Below, piece after piece: positions 40,443 to 52,902 of a stretch of DNA of 64,000 bases. The position numbers and the translations under genes are program-made. Each line of letters starts with the position of its first letter. Positions within the stretch are counted from its first letter, which is position 1. Location: positions 117,428,001-117,492,000 of the forward strand of contig OX597817.1 in NCBI GenBank assembly GCA_951406725.2, in the 5' to 3' direction. The stretch comes from Octopus vulgaris. Lineage: Eukaryota. The notes beneath the pieces were generated by a model that did not search any database, had not been told where the DNA came from, and saw only the letters and a list, made by a program, of their open reading frames with translations.

Positions 40443-40672
40443 GTTTAACGTCCATCTTCCATGCATGTATGGGTAGAATGGTTCGCAGGAGCTGGCCAGG
40501 AGTTGGATGTATTTCCTACACCAACCACTCTACAGAGTTGACTCAGTGCCTTTTACATGGCACTAGCACGGGCAAGGTTAGTTTTGGCATGAATTTTACA
40601 ACTGGATTCACTTCCAAATGCCAACCACTTTACAATGTGGACTGGATGCTTAAAAGTAGTAGGGTATAGGCA

Positions 40673-41110
40673 CAGATGTGGCTTATAAGCTCTGACATGG
40701 TTATGTAGTTAGAAGCTTGCTTTGCTTTCCAATCACATGGTTCCGTGTTAAGTTGAACTGCATGACACTTTGGGCAAGTGTCATTTTTTGTAGTCTTCGG
40801 TGAACCAAAGCCTTGTGAGTGAATTTGGGAGATAGAAACTGAAAGAAATCCATTGTGTATATATATGTGCATGTGTATAAATCTATAAGTAGGTGCCTAT
40901 GTGTTTATGTTTGTCTCCACCACCACCACTACCACCACCACTTGACAACTGGTGTTGCCTTCTTTACAACCCCATAACTTAGCATTTGAACCAAAAAGAG
41001 AGCTAGAATTAGTACTAGTCTTTAAAACTGAGTAATAATGTTGTTTCATTCAACTAAAATCCTTCAAAGTGTTGCCCGAGTATGGCTGCAGTCCCACGAC
41101 TGAAACAAGT
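40673..41110 (+). mobile_element. SINE family A, older diverged copy
   Basis: Head, middle and tail motifs are recognisable. Confidence 0.65.
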
Positions 41111-43073
41111 CAGAGGTATGTGGTATGACTTGAATAAGACAATGGCACTTATTTCTAGTAGAACTCTTCCTATTTTCAATCTGCAAATAAGCAAATTTTC
41201 TCATTTCTTAGCTTGGAGTAAAGTGTGAGAAGGAGAAAACAAATTGAATAACAGCAAGAATTAGTAACTGAGTGAAAATTGGCAACAACTTATTTTAGCA
41301 AGTGTAAATTTCCAATATCAATAATCAATCGTTAAGGAGTCATAATGGAAGCTACACATATGAACAAGGTTACAAATATAATATTAAAATTCAAACAATT
41401 CAGTAAACCAAGAAATAACCTTTGACCTGTGTGGTTATTGATTTATAAATATGTAAAATCAAGCCAAATTTTAAAAGTCTGGACAAAGGCAAGCATTAAC
41501 ATTTATTGCTATTATGTGATAATTTAATGTCATGACATCATATTAATGAGATTATCAAGTCAAAGTCAAACACAAGATGCAAACCATCTAATTATTTGTG
41601 ACATAAGTGATGATTAGAAAAAAAATAGTAATGATATATTACGTTGGCTAAAGACCACAAATTTAGGGAAAGAGCCTAGTCAATTGAGTTTGCTCTAGCA
41701 CTTTTCATTGGTACATTTGTTATAATTCTTGATTGGCTGAATTTCAAAGTCAATCCTGGTAATATTTGAACCTCCAAATATAAAACTAGGCACTTCATCT
41801 GATACTGCTTCAATGTTGTCATCCAGTACTCTCTCTGCAATTAACTAATTAATAGTAATTATCATCTCTGACATTTGTGGAAGTCCATAAATATTGGAGA
41901 AGAATGTTGTTATTATTATCAACTTAAGGAACGGTGAAAAACAATGATGTCATTGCTGGAATTTGTTCTAAAGTGCTAAAGGGATGTAACAAAATACGAT
42001 GAGGTCATTTGTTTAAAATTGTACAGCTCATCCTAGTGCCTCTGAAATGGATCATAGGTGCTATGATTCCTCCTCCAAGAAAACAACTAAAAATACATTC
42101 TTCCAAGATAAAACCTATTGGACAAGAAAAAATAACAATGACAGTTATTAAAATGTATATACTTGACATTTTCTTCCCTTCTACCTCTCTCATATAGTTT
42201 CTCTCTCCTACTACTTCTTGTTTATGTATGAAGCTCCCATGGTTCTCTGTTCCTTATGAGTTGCAGCCAATTTTTAACTTAACAAGGTAAAAATTCTGCT
42301 GTTTCATTAATTTCTCTCCTCTCAACATTTTCCTGTGGATCTTTCACCTTCCATGGGAAATTCACTGTACTCTTGTATTGGTTTTACTAAATGATACAAG
42401 TCTTACCGACACAGTTCAACGCCAGTCTCTTTGGTGTCTGTTTGCTCATACATACTTAATATACATTGTGTGATTTTCCATTACTTAACAGTTTGTTATC
42501 TGTGTTTAGACCAAGAAGCTCTGAGCTATGATCAAAAATGTTCCAGCCATAAGCATCTTGCTTTTTCTCAGATATAGTTCATGAATGACTATTCACTACA
42601 AATCATCCTTTTACCCTTGTTATTTTCTTTTTCTTTCTTCATTTTCCATTTGAGATTGAAGTATGTGGTCTGTAGGCTATTTAGCAGCTGTTTGTAGCAG
42701 ATCAAATCAGTGAGAACCTAGTAGATATCTCGGTGGCTCATTATCAAACAGGAAGTGCTTATTATTGTACTTTAAGAAGTAAACGCCTAGAAAGGTGAAT
42801 CCTTAAAATGGTAACTGATATGGCTGATAGTCGAAAATTAGTTCCATTTACTCCCTTGGCAACTACTTTTAGAGGACGGAGCAAACATCACATTATGTGA
42901 TCTTTTTTGAATAAAGAAGTCAATGTACCCAGTAAAATTTTCCATTGTCAGCTGCATTTCTGATCTGGATTTAATTCCTGGTTTATTTTATTTACTTCAT
43001 TCACAGTATTCAATTTTTACTATATATGTATAAATGTCTATCTGTCTGTCTGTATGTATGTATGTGTATACAG

Positions 43074-43154
<81 letters not shown>

Positions 43155-43161
43155 TACACAC
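43074..43161. repeat. (CA)n microsatellite
   Basis: Visible directly in the sequence. Confidence 0.95.
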
Positions 43162-44224
43162 AAGTGACTTGAGCTGCTGAAGAAATTAATATATTATCTC
43201 AGAACTATTCTTGGTTTTCTTTTATGAATTTATTTTTCTATTTATATAAAAATATTTAGCATAGGATTAATACATTTCTGAAAATTCGTTTATTACAAAA
43301 TTACTGAATTAATATATTCAAAATGGCTTTTATTTTATTGAATTTTGTTACTACCAAACAGAAATGAAAGGAAGAAAAAAAAAATAGTTAATAAAATTAA
43401 GAAAATTCATTAAAGAACAAATTATTGTTATGTTGCAATTTGTCACCAAAATTAGGGTGGTTTCATACATTATAACCATTTTGAAATTATATTTTCGATT
43501 TGGCTTTCAAGAAAACAAATATCAGTTAAAAGTCTATATCTAAAGTAATGTTTTTTTGTTAGTATAATCTATATTTATTTTATGCAACATTGGAATTTGT
43601 TAAATTGATTATCAAAATGTAAAAATAAATTGTATAACATTAATTTCTTTGTTCACAAAGGAAATAAAATTAAGCTTGCATTTATTAAATTATTTTGCTA
43701 TTTTATGGCATAATTAAAAATCTTCTGTAGTAAGTATTAAAAGTTATTTTGTATTGAAGTAAAAGACTGAGATCATACCACAAATTGTTATATGTCAGAA
43801 AAATATTATCTCTTTATTAGTTGAGCTCAGTCAACATTATAAAGGCATCTAATATGAATACATATATTACTCTGTAAGGATTACAATTAGCCATAAGCCA
43901 CCCCTTCAAAAGTTGATGTCCAGGCTAACAGAATTATTAAAGAATCAGAAAAAGTGAATTGCAGTTTTGCTTCTGGCTTTTTATATTCTACATTCAAATC
44001 CTTGGAAGTTAAATTTGCCTTTCATCCTTCTGAGGTTCAGGAAATAACGATGTAGTTAAAATTATATTGAACTGCCACTACGTCATCAAATTTACATCAA
44101 TAAATTGATCACAGTCACTGAACTGGAATCTATCTAGGACCTTGAGGCTGTGATGTTGGACCAAGACGTGGAAGGTGACCTTTTTTGATACAGCTCAGAT
44201 TGGGACAAGGATATAATAATGATA

Positions 44225-44436
44225 ATCTCTTCTACTATAGGCACAAGATCTGAAATTGTGTGGGAGGGAGCTAGTCAATTGCTTCAACCCCAGGATGTAA
44301 CTGGTACTTACTTCACTGACCCTAAAAGGATCAAAGGTAAAATTGACCTTGGCAGAATTTGAACTCAGAATGTAGCAACAGTCAAAATACTACTAGGCAT
44401 GTCATCCAGTGTACTAATGATTCTGCCAGCTTGACA
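44225..44436 (-). mobile_element. SINE family B
   Basis: Reverse complement of family B (ctggtactta...gaatttgaactcag...ttctgccagct). Confidence 0.7.
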
Positions 44437-44721
44437 CTTTTGATTATAATTATTCCTTTATTGACCACAAAGGGTTTACATTAAGAAGAATGTTGTGAAC
44501 AGCCCAGGACAACTAGAATGTAGGGTATATGAAAGTTGTGTAAAGAATGAAAAACAACCAATTATAACAACAAAATTCCCTGAAAGAGGGAGACTTCCTA
44601 GGACTGCTTGTGGAAACCCTGGAGATCCATGACAGTCTTGACCACCTTGGTAAGCACCCTGACCACTTTGTTTTAATGATGGTTGCTCCCATTGGTTTTC
44701 ACATATGAATGTTTGAAGGAG

Positions 44722-44753
44722 TAATAATAATAATAATAGTAATAATAATAATG

Positions 44754-44808
<55 letters not shown>

Positions 44809-44876
44809 TAATAATAATAATAACAATAATAATAATAAGAAGAAGAAGGGTGATAATTATTATTATAATTATAATA
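44722..44876. repeat. (TAA)n microsatellite, possibly a retroposon tail
   Basis: Visible directly in the sequence. Confidence 0.9.
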
Positions 44877-45624
44877 GTTTATAAACTATTTCTGTACTAG
44901 GTTGTTATTGAAAAAATATATCGAACTTTTTTTAAATTTCATTTTTGTAATGAATGTTGTAGTTCAAGCCCATTGGCTGAGACCATTAAAGGACTAACGT
45001 GCCTTAAGATAACAAAGATAGCTCCAATGTAAGCAACTTTCACCATCAAAAGAAGCTAACACATGCCAAAAAATACATTAACAGCTGGGCTCAGTTTGTT
45101 TTACATCTATTGATTGCTCCTTCTCTCTCTCTCTCTCTCTCTCTCTCTTCCTGTCTTACTGTTTCTCCTACTCGTCCTCTCTTCCTGTTTGGTTGTAGAC
45201 GTGTTATGGCATTGTCAGATGAATAATGTAAATACATACAACTCTTGTTTACTTATTTCTACTATTTTAGATTTAATATCAAAATATGTAAATATATTAG
45301 TTAATAGCACCAAGTCTATTGTGCATTGATGCATATGCACACACCTGGACACATACTAGAAACCAGCACTGCATCATGCCCTTAAATCATAAACAGAATA
45401 CAACTGGAACCCTCACACTCACTCAAAATACTGCAGCTCAATCTGGCTGTTCCTGTAAAGGAGAATATTAAGGATAAGGTTTGACAATCATGTAGCTCAG
45501 GGGAATAGGGGTGTAAAGAAGAAAATGAATTGGGAAAGGGTGATATTGAAATTGATAGATTGGAGTGGCAAAAGGAAACGATTTCAAGAAGAGTGATAAC
45601 TGTTACAACAAAAAGAACATAAAA

Positions 45625-47120
45625 TATGCACATTATTTACATTCGATGGATATTTGTGTGCATCTTGCTTGTTGTTAACACAACGTTTTGGTTGATATAC
45701 CCTCCAGCCTTCTTCAGGTGTCTTGGGGAAATTTTGAACCTGGGTTCTCATTCCTAAGGTATTTTTCGATGTTATCATTATTATTATTATCATTATTGTT
45801 CAGGTCACTGCTTGGAATCGAACTCGGAATCTTAACCACTACGCCATATGCTTGTGGGCAATTATGGAGTGAATTTTAGGGCTTATAAATCTAATATTTT
45901 TCTATCCTTCTTTTATACCGGTTCCCATATGCTGCTCATATGCACTCGGTCTGCTTAGGAGGTTGTTGTGTCCTAGCATATGTGCTGCGTCTTTTAGTTT
46001 TCGTAGTTTCCAGCGGTCTTCTCTGTCTATTATTTTAACTTCTTCCCACAAGGGGGAAGTGGTTTCCATTCTTCCATAAATGATTAGCTATAACTGATTT
46101 ATCAATATCTCCTTGTGTCACAGCTTTGCGATGTTCGTCTACCCTTATTTTGAGGGGGTGGTATGTTTCGCCTTTGTATAACCTAGCACAGCTGCATGGG
46201 ACGGAGTACACGCAGTCTTTGGTCATATTCTCTTCTATTGGTGGTTTTTACTTAAAGGAGATATTTGCAAAGTGTTATATTAATATTGAATACTGTCCTG
46301 ATGTCATATGTGCCGCATATCTTTTGTATCTTTTCGGTGAGGCATTTCACAAAAGGTAGACAGATTGCACACAGTTTATTGGTCTCATGCTCTCTCTTCT
46401 TCATAATTGGAGTGGATACTATACTTTTAGGTTATTTGTTGCTTAAAAGATCGGTATTGAGCTTGATCATTTCTTCATGGTGTGTATCACGATCGCTACT
46501 TATATTCTTTGTACGATGTTTTAGGCACTAAGCAATCCCTCTCTTTACACTGTATGGGAATTGAAGTTGAGGTATCGTCCAGTAAAGGTCGGCTTGCGGT
46601 ATGCTGATGTCCTGAATCCATACTTGGCGCATGTTATTAATACGCCCTTTTTCATTGTGAACTGCATGGATGGCTTTATTGAGTTCACATGATCCAACAG
46701 CACTTGGATATCTTCCTAGTGGGGGTTGAGTATAAAGGTGTCATCAACATATCGTAGCCATAGTGTTGGTTTTAGTGGTGTTGATCCACATTCTCAAAGT
46801 ATTCCATGTATATATTGGCTATTACCTGTGATAATGGCGAACCCATAGATAAACCCACCTCTTGTCGATATATATCAGTGTCTATACTGATGTAGGTAGT
46901 TTCTACACAGAAGGTCAACATTTCCATCAAGTTTCTTATTGGTATACTAGTGCGTTCTTTTAGATGGGTGTCTGTCACTAGTTTTTCTTGTATCACCGAT
47001 AGTGCTTCACTAGTTGGGACTTTGGTGAACAGGCTTATCACATCTAAACTCACCATCTGGTTGGATTCAATGGGAGTATCCTTGATCAATTCTGTGCAAT
47101 GGGCGGAATTCTTCACATAC
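45625..47120 (-). mobile_element. Penelope-like retroelement, 5'-truncated: RT, GIY-YIG and 3' pseudo-LTR
   Basis: SLDVISLFTKVP, GLSMGSPLS and WLRYVDDTF (RT); CVYSVPCSCARLYKGET...RVDEH (GIY-YIG); then a tRNA-like head and a hammerhead. Confidence 0.9.
45677..45722 (-). ncRNA. Minimal type-I hammerhead motif (G12>A)
   Basis: GACAC-CUGAAGA-AGGCUG..CAACC-AAAA-CGUU-GUGUU. Confidence 0.7.
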
Positions 47121-47500
47121 GTTTTCTTGCTTACTATAACTTTGGCTGGGGTTCAGTTAATTTTAAGATCTTGCTTTGATACCTACAATTTCTTTTTAAA
47201 TTCTACGACAGATTCAGCTTTAAGAACGAAGTCATCAGCATATGTGAATCCCCATGGACTTAATATCCCCACTTATGGCCTGGGAACTATGATGAATAAG
47301 GGGTGTCTGAGAACCAAACCATAGTGAACTAAATGCACACTAAATTCATTGCTGTACTTATTGCTAACTTTCACCTTGCTGACAGTACCTCTATTGTATA
47401 ATCTCATAAGCCATTCGTGTATGTCTAGCTTTTGCAGCAACCTTCAAGTCTGAGTACATGGAACTGTGTCAAAAGCTTTCTCCAATGTGGTGCCAAGTAG
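47121..47500 (-). pseudogene. RTE-clade reverse transcriptase fragment
   Basis: EKAFDTVP...KLDIHEWL...SKVKVSNKYSNEFSV...PWGFTYADDFVLKAES. Confidence 0.8.
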
Positions 47501-47711
47501 TGATACACATTTGGCTAAATACTTCTACTGCAGTTACATCACTAGAGGGGAGAGTATTAGTATTACCTCTTTTGTTTCATATGACTAAGCTATGTAGAAC
47601 ATCAACTTTTATTTTAAGCGAATATTGAAATTACCACTGTATTTCTTTTCTTGACAGGATATTCTGGCAGGACTTGTCGCAGAACCTTTTTGTTTTCTGC
47701 TACGTTTTGGA

Positions 47712-47837
47712 AGTCTATAGGAATATAATCTCGCTTGATGACATGCAAATCAATAGGGAAATTCATTTCACATTACAGGATATTGTGTTACGACAAGTTT
47801 TCCAGAAAGAAATTACTTTCGTAAGGTGAGGGATACT

Positions 47838-47839
<2 letters not shown>
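47712..47839 (+). mobile_element. Tigger/pogo terminal fragment
   Basis: Reverse complement of 52903-53032. Ends gtaaggtgagggatacttg-TA. Confidence 0.75.
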
Positions 47840-47879
<40 letters not shown>

Positions 47880-47883
<4 letters not shown>

Positions 47884-48046
47884 GAACCCATAAAACATCA
47901 TTTTCTTGATACATAGAATCTCATGTTCTTTAGTACTCAGTTGGTCATGTTCAAGCGAACTAATAAGGAAAGGCATTTTCAACAATGATTATTCTGTTTT
48001 GTTTCTGTATTCTAACACAGAGTAGCTAAGCTACATTAAGTTGTCT
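47880..48046. repeat. Inverted repeat arm of about 165 bp (partner 51034-51197)
   Basis: cccataaaacat..tttcttgatacatagaatctcatg..ataaggaaaggcattt..tctgtattctaacac is reverse-complemented in the partner. Confidence 0.85.
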
Positions 48047-49283
48047 GAAATGTCCGATTTTCTTATGTACCTAGTTTGACAGTCATTAACTCTAATGTTT
48101 TATCCTGACAATTCTCTTTTTTTATAACATTGAAAAGTTATATAATCACTTGTTGAAATGCAATTCATGGTTTCTGATTATATCGTGATTTTTCTCTTGT
48201 AAACCAATTTTTGTGAACTTATGCAGAGATAAAAAATTCGTGTTGTTTATAGGTATGAGTTCCATCGTGGAACCGATGCATCCCAGACAGCTTGAAACAT
48301 CAATGAGGTGTTTGGTGAAGATATGGTGTATGAGTGCACTGTAAGTCGATGGTTTGAGAAGTTCCAGTCTGGTGACTTTACTCTTCAGAATCAGCCCTGT
48401 GGCAGACCTGAGTCCGAGGTGGATAATGATGCGCTTGAAACTCTAGCGAAAACGGATACATCTTGAATTACACGTGAGTTAGCAGCAAGGTTTGATGCTT
48501 TCATTCCAACAGTATTGGACCATCTAAAATAAATTGGTAAGATAAAGAAGCTGGACAAGTTGGTACCACACTAATTGAATAAGCATCAAATGACACGTCA
48601 TCTTGAAACTTGTTGTTCTTTGCTGTCACTCATAAAATCAAACCATTTTTGCATCGTATTGTTACGTGTGATGAAAGATGAATCTTTTCAACAATAGCAA
48701 GCATTCTGCACAGTGGCAGGATACGGACAAAATGCCAAAACAAAATCCGAAAAAAAAATTGCCACCAAAAAAAGCTAACAGTGTCAGTTTGGCAGTCCAG
48801 CACTGGTCCCATCCACTACAGCTTCATTAGACCTGATAAGTCAATTACAGCGGATGAGTAAACTTGCAATTAAACAACCAAGATTGATCAATAGAAACAG
48901 GCCAATTCTTTTGGAAGATAATGTTCAATCACATATTGCACAAAGAATGCTACTTGAGTTACAGGAATTTAACTTGGATGTACTATGTCATCCACCATAT
49001 TCGCCAGATCTTGCACCAACTGACTATCACGTTTTCCAGGCATTAGACAACATTTTGCAAGGAAAAAATTTCAAATCTGAAGATGCATAAACAGCCTTTT
49101 GTGATTTCATCACCTCTTGCTCTCCAGAATTCTTCGTTGCTAGCATAAATAAGCTACTGATAAAATGGCAAAATTGTGTTGATAATTTAGGTGCATACTT
49201 TGATTAACTGCATTGCTTTTTGATGAGATAAAGTAAAATAAACTTTCGGTTCAAAATCAAACATTTCATTCTTAATGACCTGA
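48046..49283 (+). mobile_element. Mariner relic with decayed transposase (about 48226-49207)
   Basis: YEFHRG...RWFEKFQSGDF...GRP, IVTCDE, LLEDNVQSH and HPPYSPDLAPTDYH. Right TIR ...cttaatgacctga-TA; left TIR partial. Confidence 0.85.
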
Positions 49284-51033
49284 TAGATTGTAGGGTTTGG
49301 TCCGAAGATTTAGCAGCTATTTTCGCACTTGGTGTGACCATTTAATGCTCTTACATCTTGGCAGGGAAATTCTTTTTAATAGTTTTAATTAATTTGAAAT
49401 TTTAACACAACTAAAAAAAATATACAAGGTTAGAAATTCTAATTGTTACGCATTCATTCAGAATAAAATTTCTGGATTTTATCATTATATCATATTTGTG
49501 TATGCACGTATTATTTTATTACTTTTTTTCCATGTCTCAACACGTTTTTTCTCTAGATAATTAAGAATAAATATACTAAGTGCACACTAACTTACTTGAG
49601 TAACAAAATTATTGTTTGTCCAATCTAAACTTTATTATTCTATAGTACACTACTTTCCTAAATGCAATTAAATTATATTTGAAATTAGAGGCTTGTAATA
49701 CCTTATTTAGACTGACATAAAAATAATTATTCAATGTATTAATATTTTTGAAAAATACTATTTTGTTAATATTATCATATTTTTAGTTCAATTGTATTTG
49801 AGAGGTTTCAATTTCTTACCTATTTTTGGTATTATTAGAAACTATTCTTTTGTCAATTCTATATTTTTGACTTATTTTGTGGCAATAATTATATGTACTC
49901 TGTACTCCCGAGCGTTTTTGTTCATAGCCTTGATATTCAATATTTCATGATATTATTTTGAAGTATTTGTATACTCTTCTGTTGGCATATGTGCTAATAA
50001 CGAGAACTTTCTTTTTAATCTATTGATTTCTTGTTCATAGCTTTCATTTATTTACTTTTTATGTTTGTTTGTTTTTACTGTCTGACATTTAATGAGCTCT
50101 TTTAAGAAATATTTCTAAGACTGAATAATACTTATATAAACAAACCCTTTTCGTACTAACATTCACACATTTGTTTATAGTATTACTATAGATCAAGTTA
50201 TCATTTTATCTTCAGTATTTCTTGTATTTATATCTAAAAATTGATTTTATTACTGACACCAAGTTATAGGTAAATTTAAGTACAGATTATATTTCTATAA
50301 TCATTTCAAGTATTGGGATATTTTGTATATTATCAACAATTCAAAATATATTGTTGATGTATCTGTTTGTCTGAGACAACAGAATATATTATTTTCAAGG
50401 TTGCACATATAAGAAGATTACCATGGTATACTCTGAAAGGACACATTGTCTTAGTGCACATCACCTTCTGAGATATTAGGAGAAAACTTTGTTTCTACAT
50501 TTTATAACAGTTCTCAAGATTTACTAAATTATTAAGAAAAAACACCTTCAATTGCTTCAACAAACATATTTGAGAACAATCTCCCAGTGGAAATCTAATG
50601 GGAGATTCTTTACAATTGTGCATCTCAACCATTCTTTATATCTATGGCCTGCTTTGATTCCTATTCTATTCTAATAGACCTCATAACAATTTCATGTTGA
50701 AAAACTAGTTTTTATAAATACTTCTTTCAAACTATATTTTCTGATTCAGATGTATACTTAGGTATATTTGCAAATATATTCTCTAAGAGAACATATTTCA
50801 GTGTTCTCTAACACTTAACATAGTTGAGTGGTAGAGAAAGACACCTAGTTGTTTCTTACAATAAATACATCTAAAAAGGTTTTCCTTAAACCTGAACTAC
50901 TACTGTGGACTTCCAAAATCTATATTGGGTCCCAAAATTCATAATAAACTTTGCTGTTTTTTATGGGTAGACCAAGTGCTAAAATACTAGCTAAATTTTC
51001 TTCAGACTAAACACTACAATCTATAAAAAAAAA

Positions 51034-51197
51034 GGACAATTATGTAACCTGGCTATCTTGTGTTAGAATACAGAGACGGAAAGAGAACAATCATTGCTGA
51101 AATGCCTTTCCTTATCAATTTGCTTGAAAGTTACCGACTGATTACTAAACAGCATGAGATTCTATGTATCAAGAAACTAATGTTTTTATGGGTATCA
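51034..51197. repeat. Inverted repeat arm (partner 47880-48046)
   Basis: See partner arm. Confidence 0.85.
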
Positions 51198-51234
51198 TAT
51201 ATATTTATATATATATATGTGTGTGTGTGTGTAT

Positions 51235-51272
<38 letters not shown>

Positions 51273-51475
51273 ATATATATATATGTATATATATTCATGT
51301 ATATATATATATGTATGTATATATGTGTGTATATACATTTATAAATATATATATATATTTATGTATGTATATATATGTGTGTTTATGTTTTTATATATTT
51401 ATATATATGTATATATTTATGTATGTATATATATATCTATGTATATATATGTATGTATATATACGTGTGTATATA

Positions 51476-51515
<40 letters not shown>

Positions 51516-51557
51516 CATATATATGTGTGTATATATATTTATATACATGTATATATT

Positions 51558-51607
<50 letters not shown>

Positions 51608-51639
51608 TGTATGTATGTGTATATATATATGTATGTATG

Positions 51640-51676
<37 letters not shown>

Positions 51677-51691
51677 TTGTGTGTGTGTGTT

Positions 51692-51727
<36 letters not shown>
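51198..51727. repeat. Long degenerate (TA)n/(TG)n microsatellite
   Basis: Visible directly in the sequence. Confidence 0.95.
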
Positions 51728-51729
<2 letters not shown>

Positions 51730-51949
51730 AGGGGGTGCTGAAAAGTTCCTGGATTTCTGGTAAAAGAAAATACATGAGGATCAGTTAATTATGATTTTAT
51801 TCAACATATTCTCCTATCAGATCCACACACATATTGCAGCAGTTCTCCATTTTTTCTAAGCCCTCTGAAAGAACTTGTAAGTTTCGGCTTCTAGCGAAGG
51901 CTTTCATCATACCCTTAACTGCAGGAGTTTAGTGGCACCTACGCCCTCA
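51728..51949 (-). mobile_element. Mariner-derived MITE, same family as 7208-7423
   Basis: TIR gagggggtgctgaaaagttcctgg; body is the reverse complement of 7208-7423. Confidence 0.75.
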
Positions 51950-51957
51950 TATATATA

Positions 51958-51993
<36 letters not shown>

Positions 51994-51996
51994 ATA

Positions 51997-52056
<60 letters not shown>

Positions 52057-52638
52057 AGCGACGAAAATATTTTGACAAATTAAACTTAAATGTTGAAGTG
52101 AATCGAACGGCTTTTGTGTGTTTCTTAAATGGCTTATAAACACCTTCCACGCTGCAATTGTTTTCGTTTCAGCACACGATCTCAGATCAAATTACTTGCT
52201 ATGCGAGTACATCTCCGTAATATATATATATATATATATATGCTCAATTCGTCCTGTCGAAAGACCCTTGTCCTACGTCCTGGTTTTGTTTTGTTGTTTA
52301 TTTTTTATACTTTATTTTTACCGTTATTGTTTTTACGTTTTTGTATTCTTATTGTTGTCACGTATTCTGTATTTTTGTTCGTGTACTTCGTTCGTTTTCC
52401 GTCCTCGTGTTGTATACATTCGAAGCTTTCTTCCAGGGGATCTAATGCACTTGGCTTAGATTTCCCGTGGCGGGCTGGCCATATCGGAGCAATCTCAAGA
52501 TTAATCAGCCGAAATTGCTAAGATGATCTGGTTCTTGACTGATGACTGAGGGCTTCGAATGTCCCGTCCTGTGGTTCTTGTGTCGTCTCTGTGGCGTTTC
52601 ATGTTCTTGTCCATGTCTGTAATTATTTTTACTGTTTA

Positions 52639-52902
<264 letters not shown>

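Noticed and set aside
51164-51788. Long ORFs of 137-188 aa (also 16085, 20343, 24316, 44476 and 52559)
   Set aside because: They are translations of TA/TG/CA or trinucleotide microsatellites.
52505-52565. Canonical hammerhead at CTGATGA
   Set aside because: No downstream GAAA with a closing stem II, and the permuted arrangement does not fold.
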